64,000 bases of DNA from the human T2T-CHM13v2.0 reference genome, Homo sapiens. Of this stretch, positions 43,201 to 57,381 are shown in pieces. The stretch lies in NCBI RefSeq assembly GCF_009914755.1, contig NC_060938.1; one strand, given 5' to 3'. How positions within the stretch are numbered: position 1 is the first letter of the stretch; each line of letters begins with the position of its first letter. The notes under the pieces were generated by a model. The model was not told the origin of the DNA, did not search any database, and saw only the letters and a program-made list of their open reading frames with translations. Position numbers and translations under genes: made by a program.

Positions 43201-43638
43201 TCTACTGCCATCCCTTCCTTTCTTTCCCTCTCATTCTTTCTCTTTTCCTGGCCCATAACTTTCTGCTCAGAACTGGAAACATCTTTGAAGGAGGGAGAAG
43301 GAGCATGAGAGTCAGGGGCTTGTTTACAAAACAAAACATGGAAATAGTAAAAACAACAAATCTAATAGTCTCTGAAATGATTTTGTCTCCCACTAGGACC
43401 AGAAAAAGCAGCAGAATTTTATGTTAATGGATTCGGTGGAAAATACGGCTTTAATGAAACATTGACTATGATTACTCTGTTGTCATTTCTCTGAATTTCT
43501 GGTCCTCTTTCCATCTCTCTTTTAAGAAGATCTGAATGGTTATTTCTCAACACACCAGGATTATGTTTTCTTCGTCAAGAGTTTGAGGAACCTAGGGTGC
43601 AGCTTGAGCTGCTGAGCTGTCTGTCTTTATTCTGACAG

Positions 43639-43760
43639 GCGTGGACTCCAGTGTTTAGCTCAAGCCCCAGGGACTGGCTTTTGAACAGCAGCTGTTCTCA
43701 GTGAAACTGAAATGCGCAGAGGGGAGGGGAATAGTACACCCTGGGAAGTACAGGGAGCAG
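43639..43760 (+). other. Candidate spliced exon (122 nt) in unique sequence
   Basis: Acceptor 'ctgtctttattctgacag|' and perfect consensus donor 'CAG|gtaagt'; no transcript evidence available. Confidence 0.35.
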
Positions 43761-44445
43761 GTAAGTTGTTTTGCTAATACATCCCTGGGGAAGTTTCTAG
43801 TGTTTCTGGGCATGGCTGAGCGCACAGCTCATAAAAAATGCACCAGATCATTGTTGGCATTTGATGTCAGAAGAAGCTACAGTACCAAGAGACATGGACT
43901 GTCTGGTTTCCTGTGACATCCAGGTGACACACCAGGTTTCCACTGCTTTTCGTCATTAGCCCAGATGTTCCCAGTTACTTGGACAGAGAGCCTTGTAGAT
44001 CCCTGTATATGGAGTCTTCCTTCCCGTGGTTCATTAGAAATGGCAAAGCCAAACTGGCAGTATTCTTCAATTTGTTGATAAGAGTGCTTCAGTGCATGTA
44101 TTTACAAATACACATTGTTGTTTTCAATTTGTTTATTCAGTGAATCAAAATAGCAAAACACATTAACTATAAGACAAGAGAAGGATAAGGAAGTAACATC
44201 TATTGGGTACCTGCTATGTTCCAGGCAATGACAGAGCTGCTTGACAGAAAATGTTTAATGTCTTCCTCATTGTAGCTACATGTGGTGTTTCAGGTATGAT
44301 TACTGCATGTTACAGTGGGAAGTAGCCCAGCATTCTTGAAAGAGTATAGGGTCCTCACTATCTGTGTGAATTTGAGTAGTTACTTAAACCCTCTGAGCTT
44401 TATTTTATTTCTGTAAAGGAATTTAACAAAGTGGCTAATAGGGTG

Positions 44446-45180
44446 TGTAGGGATGAAGGGACTTTTAAGTTTGCTGAAATAAACTGGAAATAGATTAGCA
44501 GGAGAGAAGGCGTACAAATTTATTAACATGCAGATGTGCACAGGATCCACACAAAATGGGAAGACTCAAAGAAAGGCCAGATAGTTGAAGGTTAAATACC
44601 CTTTTCATAGGGGAGAGGGAAATGGGGGACATTGCCAATTTTAGAGAAAGAGTAAATAATTTTTAGAGGAGATGAGTGGCCTGGAAGAACAGATGATAGC
44701 CTGGGACAAAGTTCCTCTGCACTATGGGGCAGGTGATGACAAGCTATAGGAAAGTGAGGGACAGAACTGCGCTTCAAACAAAGGTTGTTTTATTATACAG
44801 ATAAAGTCTCTAAGGTAATGGCCCTTAGAAGAATAATGGGAAGAACAGGTGAAAACTCTGTCTGGGTGTGTTGTGGGTGCCCTGGAGGTAGAGACTTCTT
44901 CTTATCTCTCCTGCATCAGAGTTAATCTTCTCTGGTTAGTGTAGATTTCAGGGAGCGGTCAAAGACCATTGCATTCCTTCTGGATAAACTTTCTTCTGGT
45001 GAGAGAACTTCAGAGAGAGCCCCTCCCTACACTTAGGAAAGGAATGTGGGGGGTGGGGAAAGCTGTGCAGGAGAAAGTCAGAGAAAGACCTTGGTTCTGA
45101 GGCCTTTCAACCTTCTTTGTTCAAAGCAATCAGTATGCCAAAGTACCATATTTTGGGGTATCATTTTCTGAGCCTCAACA
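44446..45180 (-). mobile_element. ERV1 (MER39/MER34-group) solo LTR inserted in a MIR
   Basis: 'tgtaggg' ... 'ccatattttggggtatcattttctgagcctcaaca'; shares termini with 16633-17234; MIR halves at ~44355-44445 and ~45181-45260. Confidence 0.8.
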
Positions 45181-45284
45181 ATTGTCATGAAGATTGAGTA
45201 TGATTGTAATATAAAGGGCTAACATTTTTACTTGACCTACATGAGCTGATCAGTACTGAGAGCTCCTCTTACAAGAAATGGACC

Positions 45285-45350
45285 AGAGAGGGAGGGAAGG
45301 GGAAGGGGAGGAAAGGGAAGGGAAGGGACAAAAAGAAAGAAAATAAAGAA
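45285..45350 (+). repeat. Purine-rich (GGGAA)n-like tract
   Basis: Seven runs of >=3 G between 45290 and 45327. Confidence 0.85.
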
Positions 45351-46929
45351 TTGAGGTTCAGGAAGGTTGAATAATTTAATTCGCCCAAAGGCTTACAGCT
45401 GCTAGGACGTTCAGCCAAAAATTACACCCAGGTCTGATTTCAAAGACACTAAAACCACTGTTTACTTATAGCTACTTAGTGCACCCCATCTCATCCCACC
45501 CAATGCCACCTAACTCCCACCTCTATTGTGAGATAACTACATGCACGCACTCATTTGGTAAGTGGGATCCTGGTGCCTATTTGACTGACATTTGAGAGTT
45601 AGCACATACAGGTGGCACAGGTGGTATCTGCACAGAAGGAGGAAGGTGGTGCTGACACCTCTGGATCTTACACTTGGGTTTAGAACATAGCTGGTCACTA
45701 AAGCCACAGGGTAGTGGCAGAACATTTGGATACATCTTTAAAGACTCAATTAGTATCCCCTCACTGAGTCCCCATCTTATTCATTGGTTAGCCCCCTAGA
45801 CTGAACTGTCAAAAATGTTCTAAGTCTCCTTGTGTTCTCTTTATCTTTGTTTTTACAATCACAACACAATAACAGGAGATACTTTTTAATGAATGGGCAG
45901 GAACTCTCCACTGAGATGTAAACATGTTATACTGGGAATTCTGCTGCAGGGTTAATTTATGATGATGGAGTCATCTATATCATAGCTGAAAGCAAGGCTT
46001 TGGGGAAGTGAAACCCAGGAAAGGTCAGTTGTAATGCGCATTGTCTATATTTTAATGTAAAATACCAATTTTGTTGGGAAAAGGGTGGTCGGGAAAGAGG
46101 TTTGATCCAAAAGGTTGGAAGTTGGGGAAATAATTCAAAAAGAAAACTCCAAATAAACAACAGAGTTGGCTGGTCAGTTAGCCAAAGGACACCGGAGGAT
46201 TCCTGAAGGTCTGCATGTGGTGAGCACAAACTTGGTAGGGAAAAGGCAGGAATCTGGGTGGGGAGAAGGTACTAGAATTCACAAGGAAGACTCGTAAAAT
46301 GGAAACTACGGTTGCTGAAACACGTTGTCTACTCTATTAATTTTCTGCCAAACATTTCATGTGCTTTTAGTTCTTCATTGAGCATGACATACTTCAAATA
46401 CTCAAACCTATTTCCTTCTTGTAGGAATAGCTAGGCATTTCCTCCCACGGTCCAAGGTGAGGCTGAAGATAAGTAGAATCTCCACACTTATTTGTTTACT
46501 TTGGTCCAGACTATAGAGTCAGGTTAAAAGCCATCTGGGGAAATAGCCAGTAGCCAATGCTTATTAGCGTACTACTTGGGTAGGTGGGAGGATGCAAGAG
46601 CTGTCAAACAGCAGCCATCCTGATGAGAAAGTGAAGAAAGCCAGAAGCAGCGTCTCTTCTGTGGCAGTCACACAGGGTCCCTTGATACTCAGCCCCCAAC
46701 ATGAGATTGCCTCTTAGGAGAATTCTAGAGGTTAGGCTAGGCTTGAGACATTATAGAGAACAGGTTACAGCACCCCATTTTTACTTTATTGGTAACTGAG
46801 AAAGTAAGATATATTCCTAGCCTCCCAGTCTTAGTAGTAAGAGGTACTTTTAAACTGTTAATTTTTATGAGCAACACAGTGGTATGGCCGGCCCTTCCTC
46901 CTCCTTCAGGGAGTTCATTTGATGTAGTT

Positions 46930-47720
46930 TGGTTGATTCCCATGCATGTGGAATAGCTATGACATCATCAAATTAAGTGTACACTATGTGCTAACAATTA
47001 TCGGGGTGTCAAGAGTGAAACATTCAGGTCCTATTGGCAGTTCTAATAGGTGAATCTCATCTCACTGTTTTATGTGTTCAGTGAAGTAAATCTTCAGTAA
47101 GTCTGGAGTAGCTGGGGAAGCCTTCGCCAAGAGGTGAGGTCTGAGCTGGGCCTTGAGCATTGCTGAGATCTGAATGGGTGGAAAACAGAAGAGAGGTCAT
47201 TCCAGTCAAAAGCAAGATGTACTCAAAAAATAGCAAGGAAAAACAGATCACCTGGATGAGATAGCATTTGGGGAAGGGTAAGACTATAGTATGGTTGGAT
47301 TTATTGAACAGGCACAGTGTCAGGAATCCAACTGGCTACTTTATATACACTACTTGGTGTTTTATCCTGCAAAGTAACCCTAATAACCAGTAGCATTTGC
47401 TGAGAGTGTATGTGGGTAGCAGGCAATGTATGAGATGCCGGGAATACAGAGAAGGATGATTCGATGTTTGCCCTCAAGACCTCAGAATGTAAGTCTAGGA
47501 TATAGTAACAAAATAAGTTTATTCTAGTATAATAGGAATATATACACTTTACCAAGGAAGCATAGAGAGCAGAACCATTTGCTTTGCCTGCTAGATTTCA
47601 AAATGACTTCTCAGAGATGGTGAGTTCTGAGCTGGGTGGTGAAGGATGTGTAGGAGTTTGTCAGATAAGGAGATGAAACAGGCATTCCAGGAAAAGGGAA
47701 TAGCAAGTTCAGAGACTTGG
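46930..47720 (-). mobile_element. L2 fragments
   Basis: 'ggggaagccttcgccaagaggtgaggtctgagctgggccttga', 'gttctgagctgggtggtgaaggatgtgtaggagtttgtcag...ggcattccagg'. Confidence 0.6.
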
Positions 47721-48526
47721 TATAGTCCTAAATTATGTTTGTCTTCATTTCAGCTAGTGCTATTTCATTGTTGCTGGAGATAACACACACTTGGATTCCG
47801 TTACGTATTTTCACCTTGCCAACTTGCTTTGTTTGCAGACCATAATTTCTGAGTTTATCTCTACAGCAGGTTTTCAGCCAAATTGCTCTACTAAAATAAC
47901 CCTAAAAATCTATCACCTCTGTTTTCTGCTGCTGTCACTGGCTGTTTGTGTCCTTACTTTTCAGTCAACCTCAATGGAGACTGGAAAGAGAAATACAAAT
48001 TGCCCCAGAAAGAGAACACAGGCCCCTCTCTTCAGCAACAGGGTGTGAGTGGATGGGGACCATTATCACATTATCTACACAGACACCGTTTTAATCCACA
48101 TTGCCAAGGAGGAGAGGAAAATGCATGGCCTTCACAGAACATCATTAGGAGGGTGGGCCATTGTGCAGCATCTATTGTTAATGTCAATACCTACAAACAT
48201 GTCCAGACTCTTCCATTCTTTAGCATACTCATTCTCTGAGTGGTATTTTATGTGTATTATTCTCTGAGAGGTAAGCACGGACAAGTATAATTCCATTTTT
48301 ATGTAAGGGAAAGCTGAGTAAAGAAGATGCTTAAAGAATAGGTGGATAGAAAAATGAAATGACTTCAGCTCATAAGCATTTTGAGTACCTATTATGTTTT
48401 AGTCATTATGGTAGAAACATGGCAAATGGATATAAACAAAAAACATATAATTCCATGCCTCTGTTCAGATTGTTGTCTGCCCCTGAGATTCCTCTTTTTC
48501 CCACTCCCCTTGACTAACTCAACTAG

Positions 48527-48848
<322 letters not shown>

Positions 48849-48896
48849 CAACTAGCCATGTCTTTTGGTCCAACCCAATGTTGCACCTTTGCATAA

Positions 48897-49406
48897 CAAA
48901 GGCAATTAAAGACCACTTCTTCCCTCCTGCCCCCTGCAAAAACCTAATAGTTCTCAAACACATTGGTTCATGGAACTCATTATATATGAAAACCCATCAA
49001 CATCCACACAATTAGCAAACTTAACCCTCTGCAGGGTTGACATTGAGTTGGACCTTAAGATATATTCAAGGCTAGTTGGCTGGGCTTGGCTTGACTCCCC
49101 CTTAGCTCTCTCTATAAAAGCAATGATTACTGTATTATATTGGTTTTCAAAGAATTCTGTCCCACATTCTGTTCTACTTATTACCTTCTTTGCTTGACTG
49201 TGATAGATTGAGGCCATCTTTCTGTCTGTCCCTGTATTAATACATTCAGGCTGCTGTAGCACAATACCTTAGCGTGAGCAAAGGAAGTTAAAGACCACCT
49301 CCTCCCCCTGCCCCCTGCAAAAACCTAGTAGTTCTCAGACTCATTGGTTCATAGAACTCATTATATATGAAAACCCATCAACATCCATGTAATTAGCAAA
49401 CTTAAC
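48897..49406. repeat. ~129-bp direct repeat (48897-49025 and 49279-49406) flanking a ~250-bp spacer
   Basis: Manual alignment: about 11 substitutions and 1 indel (~90% identity). Confidence 0.93.
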
Positions 49407-49444
49407 ACACTTGAAAATGCTACCTTTCAAGTCAGTATTCATAT

Positions 49445-51772
49445 TAGGCAGACTTTGGAGATGTTGTGGATTCTGCTTCATACCACCACAATAACGTGAT
49501 TATTGCCATAAAGTGAGTCACACAAATTTTTTCGTTTCCCAGTGCATATAAAATTTACGTTGACATTCTACTGTAGTCTATTAAATGTGCAATAGCATTA
49601 TATGTAAAAGTAATGTACAAACCTTAATTATAAATATTTATTGCTAAAATAATGCTAAAAAATTATCAGAGCCTTCAGAGAGTCATAACCTTTTGGCTGA
49701 TGGAGGGTCTTGTCTTGATGTTGATAGCTACTGACAGGGTGGCAGTTGCTGGAGGTTGGGGTGGCTGTGGAAATTTCATAAAATAAGACAATAATAAAGT
49801 TTGGTGCATCAACTGACTCTTCCTTTCATGAAAGTTTTCTCTGTAGCATGTAATGCTGTTTGATAGCATTTTCTAAATTTATTTCAAAATTGGAGTCCAT
49901 CCTCTCAAACCCAGCTGCTCCCTTATCAACTAAGTTTATGAAATATTCTACATCCTTTGTTGTCATTTCAACAGTGTTCACGACATGTTTACCAAAAGTA
50001 GATTCCATTTTAAGAAACCACTTTTCCTCATCCATAAGCAGAAACTCCTCATCCATTCAAGGTTTCTCATGAGATTGCAGCAATTCCATCATATCTTCAG
50101 GCTCTACTTCTAGTTACCTTGTTCTTTCCATCACATCTGCAATTCCTTCCCCCACTGAAGCCTTGAACCCCTGAAACTCATCCGTGAGGGTTGGAATCAA
50201 CTTTTTTCAAAGTCTTAGTAATGTTGATATTTTGACCTCCCATGAATCATTGATGTTCTTCATGGCATCTAGAATGGTGAATCCTTTCTAGAAGAATATT
50301 TCAATGTACTTCGTCCAGATCCATTAGAAGAATCAGTGTCTATGGCACCTATAGCCTTATGAAAATATTTCTTGCATGATAAGACATGAAAGTCAAAATT
50401 ATTCCTTGATCCATGAACTGCAGAATGGATGCTATGTTATCAGATATGAAAGCAATCATAATCTTCCTGTATATCTCTTTCAGAGCTCTTGGGTGATTAG
50501 GTACATTGTCAATGATCAGTAAAATTTTGATAGGATGTTCTTTTCTCTCTCTCTTTTTTTTTTTTTTTCTGAGCAGTAGCTCTCAACAGTAGGCTTAAAT
50601 AAACCATGATGTAAACAGATGTGTTGTCATCCAGACTTTATTGTTCCTTTGATAGAACACAGGCAGAGTAAATTTATCACAATTCTTAAGGGAGCCCTAG
50701 GATTTTGGGAATGGCAAATGAGCATTGACTTCAACTTAATCACCAACTGCAGTAGCCTAAAACAAGAGAGTCAGCCCAAGACTACACCTTCGTCCAGCAG
50801 AAGACTGTTTTGTCTGCATTGAAAATCTAGTGCAGCCATCTTTATCAATGATCTTAGCTAGAACTTCTGAATAGCTTGCTGCAGCTTCTCCATTAGCATG
50901 TGCTACTTCACCTTGCACTTTTATGTATGGAGGTGACTTCTTTCCTTAAACCTCATGAACAAACTTCTGCTAAGCTTCCTACTTTTTTTTCCTACAGCTT
51001 CCTCACTCTTCTTAGCCTTCATAGACTTGAAGAGAGCTAGGGCCTTGTTCTGGGTTAGGCTTTGGCTTAAGGAAAGATTGAGGCTGGTTGGATATTCTGT
51101 CCAGACAACTAAAACTTTCTCATGTCAGCAATCAGGCTGTTTTGCTTTCTTATCATTTGAGTCTTCACTAGAGTAGGACTTTCACTTTTCTTTAAGAACT
51201 TTTTCTTTGCATCCACTACTTGGCTCAGTGCTTGGCTTAGCTTTTAGTCTATCCTGGCTTTTGATATGTCTTCCTCACCAAGCTTACTCACTTCTAGCTT
51301 TTTGTTTAAAGTGAGAGACATGAGACTCTTCCTTTCCCTGAATACTTACAGGCCATTGTAGGGTCATTATTGACCTACATTCAATATTGTTGTGTCTCAG
51401 AGAATAGGGAGACCCAAGGAAAGGGGAAGAGATTAGCGAGTGGCTGGTCAGTGGAGCAGTCAGAAAACACACATTTATCAATCCAGTTTGGGCAAGGTGT
51501 GTGGCACCCCAAAACAGTTACAATAGTAACCTCAAAGATCACTGATCACAGGTCACCATAACAGATATAATAATAATGAAAACATTTGAAATATTGTGAG
51601 AATTACCAAGATGTGACACAGAGATGTGAAGTGAGCCCATGCTGTTGAAAAAAAATAGTGTGGATAGATTTAGATTTGCCTAACTTAAGGTTGCTACAAA
51701 CTTTCAATTTGTAAAAAGCATAATATCTACAAAGTGCAATAAAGAAAAGTGCAATAAAATGATGTTTGCTTG
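49445..51772 (-). mobile_element. Tigger1 (TcMar-pogo) DNA transposon, near full length, transposase decayed
   Basis: Both termini present ('taggcagactttggagatgttgtgg' and 'gtgcaataaaatgatgtttgcttg'+TA); ORF 49826-50056 ([48 protein letters not shown]) matches the Tigger1/TIGD1-type transposase C-terminus. Confidence 0.92.
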
Positions 51773-51924
51773 TAGTTTTAAAGTTTTGTATGAAAACAGT
51801 AGTTGGATAAATTGTTTGCCTAAGCCTCTTTTGTAGTCAGAGGGCTATTGTATGTACTTGGAAAAAGTGTACATGCTAGGGACTTCCAGGGCAGCTTGCA
51901 TCCCTGAGGACGGGACTAAAAATA

Positions 51925-52905
<981 letters not shown>

Positions 52906-55189
52906 TGTGTTGTCAAGCTGCTCCCCCTTCCATCATACTGTGCACTGTATGGTGCCTCTTTATGAACCAGACGCTGCTTGTGCAACAGAGGCTGATCCCA
53001 CTGCAGAGACTGTATTTGTCTTCTCTTTATTTTACTGGAAGTCTTTGCCACCATCCGGCTGGTAATTGCTCCACACCACTTCTGAATCGATTGCTTTTAG
53101 AGTTGTTGAGCTTTTATTACTACTACTCATTGGGGAGAGAAGAGAGAAAGAAGCAGGTTGGCCTGGGCTCTGCAAGAGACGGATGTTGTCAAATTGTCTT
53201 TCTCCAGCTGTTGAATACAACTCATAATGCTATTCAATAAAACCAGAAAGAAAATGAGAGTACAAGGGAAAGAAGAGATGTCAGAAAGAGAGAACAAGAG
53301 AACATACGAGTCTGCCTTCTCTTGGAATAGACAGCAAAGCCATATTGTGATGTTGACTATATCATGCAGTAATGGTGAACAAATGTAGCAAGAAGTAAAA
53401 GACAGAGCTATTTAAATATATCTGTGGGCAATTGCACAAATCTGCCACTTTTGTAGGTATACTGATGTTTCCTCATTCCTGGAGCTGAGAAAAAGGGTCT
53501 ATGTTTTGCTTTATTTTATTTCTTTCATTTAGTTTGGTAGGCTATGTAATTTGATTCAAGTATGATAGAATTCCTCCTTAGTTATACACATTACTGTTAT
53601 TTTGCTAGTAAGTGGCTTTGTATCCACAATCAGGACACTCTTATGAACTGTTTACATCTGCTATTGACTGATCTCGTTGCGTTTCCTCATGCTTTCATCA
53701 AAAGGTAGCAGTTGGCAGGGCCATTCACTGGAGAATGAGGAACACGCATAATTAGATTTAGTGAAGAACACCCTCATTCCAATTGGAATCTGTCTTTAAG
53801 AAAAGAAAAGAAAAAAAGCTCCAGGTTAAGGAGCTTCGAAAGACTGAATACTGATGTAACTTTTGTTCATGCTAATTACTCACAACCCAGATAATACTTC
53901 GTTTAATGATTTTATCCCATTTGTTATCCCCTATAACATTCATCTGCATAAATTAGTTTCTTGTCAACCCTTCAGAAAGGGTTTAATGACAGTTCATGGT
54001 GTTTACTTATTTTCTAAAAGTAGTCTAAGTGAGTCATTATAAATTGAACATTCAAGTTAAATTTGTCTGAAACATATATAAGTATCATATAAATTTCAGA
54101 TTTTACACAGGGTTCTCCTCTACTAAGCAGGTGGAATATACCCCCCATTTCAGAATGCCAGTTTAAATTACTTGCCTGGGGTAAAATACCAAATCAGAGT
54201 TGGACATAAAACCCAGGTATCCTTATTCTCATTCTACTATTCTAATAACCAGATCCAATGCTATAATGCTGCAAATTATAGGCCCTATTTTTCGAGTAGG
54301 ATGCATGTGAATGTCATTTGTCTCTTAAATGCATGAATAGTGTCTTCCCTTGTGGTCGCTCTACTGCTTCCAGCCTGTCATGTCAAGCAGCATTGCCTTT
54401 ATTATTGAAATGAAGACGATACTTAGATCATTGATCTCAATGGCATTTGGCACCATAAGAACTACCAGTCTGTTGTATCATATAAAATGATACTGCCTGG
54501 TATGCAAATCAGCCAGTGTGTCAACAAAAATGCTGGCATCAGATAGAATGTCCAAATTGCTATCACTCTGCCAGTTTTACACCTACATCCCTATTAGTTC
54601 CTGTCTAATTACCAATGATAAAAGTACTTTGAAGTCCCACTAATTTCCATGTAAATATCATACAAATTTGGATTTGCTTTAACATTATAATTCCATCAGC
54701 TTAGAAGTTAAAATTTAGAAAAGCTGTAGTTCATTAGTTTAAGTCACTTCAAAACTTACCTTGCTTAGTTTTCAGATAGACTCCCATCCTATACTTCTAG
54801 GACTGTACAAATAAAAAAATGAATTAAAAGACATTTCTTGATGGGTTTAATGTTTTCTACTAATTATTTTGACAGACAGTCATAATCTGTTCTGAGTTCT
54901 TCTTTTCTCCTTCCATTTCAATTCTTCATAAAACATGGAAAAAACTTTGGAGACTGAATAAGATCTATGGTAATCCACAATAGATGAGGCCCTGAACACA
55001 ACATAGGGAAAACATGTAACCCACCCCCAATAAGCTCAACTTACTGTAAACTCTTGAGGAGTAATTAGGGACTTCAGCAGTCTCTCTGAAAAAGCCAACG
55101 CATTGTAAAACCCTTTTAGTTTTTACATGAATATTAATTCTTTGAAAGTAGATGAAAGACTTTCTTTAATGCTAAATTCTTATCCATAG

Positions 55190-55340
55190 AGAATAATATT
55201 AGAGCGAGGATCTAGTGTATTATTCCCATTTCATGAATAGGAAACGGAGAAGTAGAGAATTTTAGGGACCATAAAAGTGACCCAAGTGCCATGTGTCAAA
55301 GCTAATATACTTAACTCAAGCCTATTCCAGTGGGTTCTCA
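55190..55340 (-). mobile_element. MIR SINE
   Basis: 'tattattcccatttcatgaataggaaacggaga'. Confidence 0.55.
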
Positions 55341-57199
55341 CCCTTCACTTGTGCCCTAAGGCCTGGCAGCTTATTTCAGGAGGGACACCCGTTGTTGGTG
55401 TAAAGAGCAAGATCTTTTATGGGTATCAGTTTTAAGGGGCTTATGGGAATAATCAATATGCTATGGAAGTAATGAAGATATTTAACGTCCTGAAAATTCT
55501 AGTCTAAGCTTTGAGAATGTGACCATAAAATTGACAGGGATTAACTTTAATATTTGACTAGTTAACGGTAGGATTTTTTCCGTTACAGTGCACTGTGTCA
55601 AAATTTGGTCTCGTTAAATAAATTCCTATTCTATCAGGGATGAGCTTCCCACAAATAATGTTAAAAAAAAAAAAAAAAGGAGAAAGCATGATAAACCTTT
55701 TTTCCTGTTTCTCTTCTTCTAACCACAGGGTGCACTATGGCAGTTGCAGGGCTTGGTAATTGAATTCAGTTCTGCAACCTGAATACATTTCTACTGTAAG
55801 TGGATCTCCCTCCTCTACCAGAGAAAGAAAATGGCCTCAAATGATTCTGACTGGAACACAGCAGCCACCTCTCTTGTAAATAGCTGGGTCTTATTGACTT
55901 ATCTTGGTAGGGAGCCAAAATTGCTGCCCAGATGAGTCCAAGCAGTAGCCAGAAGAGAACCAGCTACTTATGGGGTCTCTGTCTTTGTGAAATAAGTATT
56001 AAGAGGGTCCATCTTAAAGAAGGAAGAGAAGTATGGTCAGGTGAGTCAGGCAATGATGCTTAGTGAAGTACAACCTCAGAGTTACGGTTTTTAATAATAC
56101 GCAAAATTACATGTGTAAGTGTATTGATATGTTTTATAATACAGCATGCCCAGAATCTCAAAAAGATTAAAAAAAAAAAAAGATGTTCCTAGGTTCTAAG
56201 TATTTTTCTTTGCATAGTGGTTTGAGGGCGAGTCAAGTTTATAGGTGTGCTGACCTTTAAGAGAGTTAGGAATAAAAGAGGGCATTGAGAGAAAGTGGTT
56301 TGGGTCGCAGACACCATCCCTCAAATAGCTGACAATGAAGGTCTATAATAATAATTGGCATTATCTCAATTTGCCAGGTATCTTTAGTAGAATGTGCTTT
56401 ATCTAATACCCAAGGTAGGGTTTCAACAATGTTGAGAATCTATTTATGAAAAGGCCAAGATGATAATGTTAGCTAAGTGCTAAATATAATAAAAAGTAGT
56501 CATGACCACCATTCTAGACAAGCTTCATTGTCCCGCACACTTTATCTGGACCTGTGGTTTCTGGATGGTTAAGCGGCTTGTACTCACAAAGACAAATTGT
56601 GCATTCTTGGAATACATTCTTGGAGGTCTGAGAGTTTTCTGTGAGTGGTGCTGAAAGTGTATATTTCATCTCAATGACAATCTCAAAAAATTATAATGCA
56701 AGCATATTCTGAATGATCTTGTTGACCACCTAATAACCAGGTATTTTTATAGAATTTTAATGCTTGTGTTGAGTTGTGTTCATGGGGAACAAACCTGTCA
56801 TACCTTATTTGGTAAGGACTATTGAGAAAAGAGCAGAGCCAGGTTGAGAACATAAGGAATGCATTTATGTCAAGGAAAAAATAAAATGATGCCAGAGTCT
56901 GATTTTAAAAACAAAGCTATCTCACGATTTCAAATGGAGAAAACAGGGAGGGAGAATAAAATCACAGCAAGCTTAATTAGGTGTGAGCATCATGACCTCA
57001 GGAGAACCTGGGCCAGAGAAGTCAGGAGTATTAATGTTTACCATGGAACTGGTAATTTCATTTAAACCAAGCAGCATCAGCTGTCACATTAAATTAATAT
57101 TATTGAAATTTTATAGCATTTATATTTATTTGTATTTAATTTATAAATGGGTGTTGGTTGTGTAAGTGCTATAAGTATAAATGGATTGTAGCTAGTTTT

Positions 57200-57381
57200 A
57201 TGTTTGTGTATATATATGTGTGTGTATATATACATATATGTGTGTGTATATATACATATACACATGTGTGTGTATACATATACGCACACATGTGTATATA
57301 CATATACACACACATGTGTGTGTATATATATATACATATGTGTGCGTATATGTATACACACACACATATGTATATATATGT
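57200..57381. repeat. Alternating purine-pyrimidine (TA/TG/CA) compound microsatellite
   Basis: Directly visible; source of four spurious ORFs. Confidence 0.95.

Noticed and set aside
43682-43698. Steroid-receptor response element (TGAACA…TGTTCT)
   Set aside because: The half-sites are 5 bp apart, not the 3 bp required for a GRE/ARE.
55741-55782. Hairpin (gttgcagggct…agttctgcaac) as a pre-miRNA
   Set aside because: The stem is only ~11 bp including G-U pairs, too short for a Drosha substrate.
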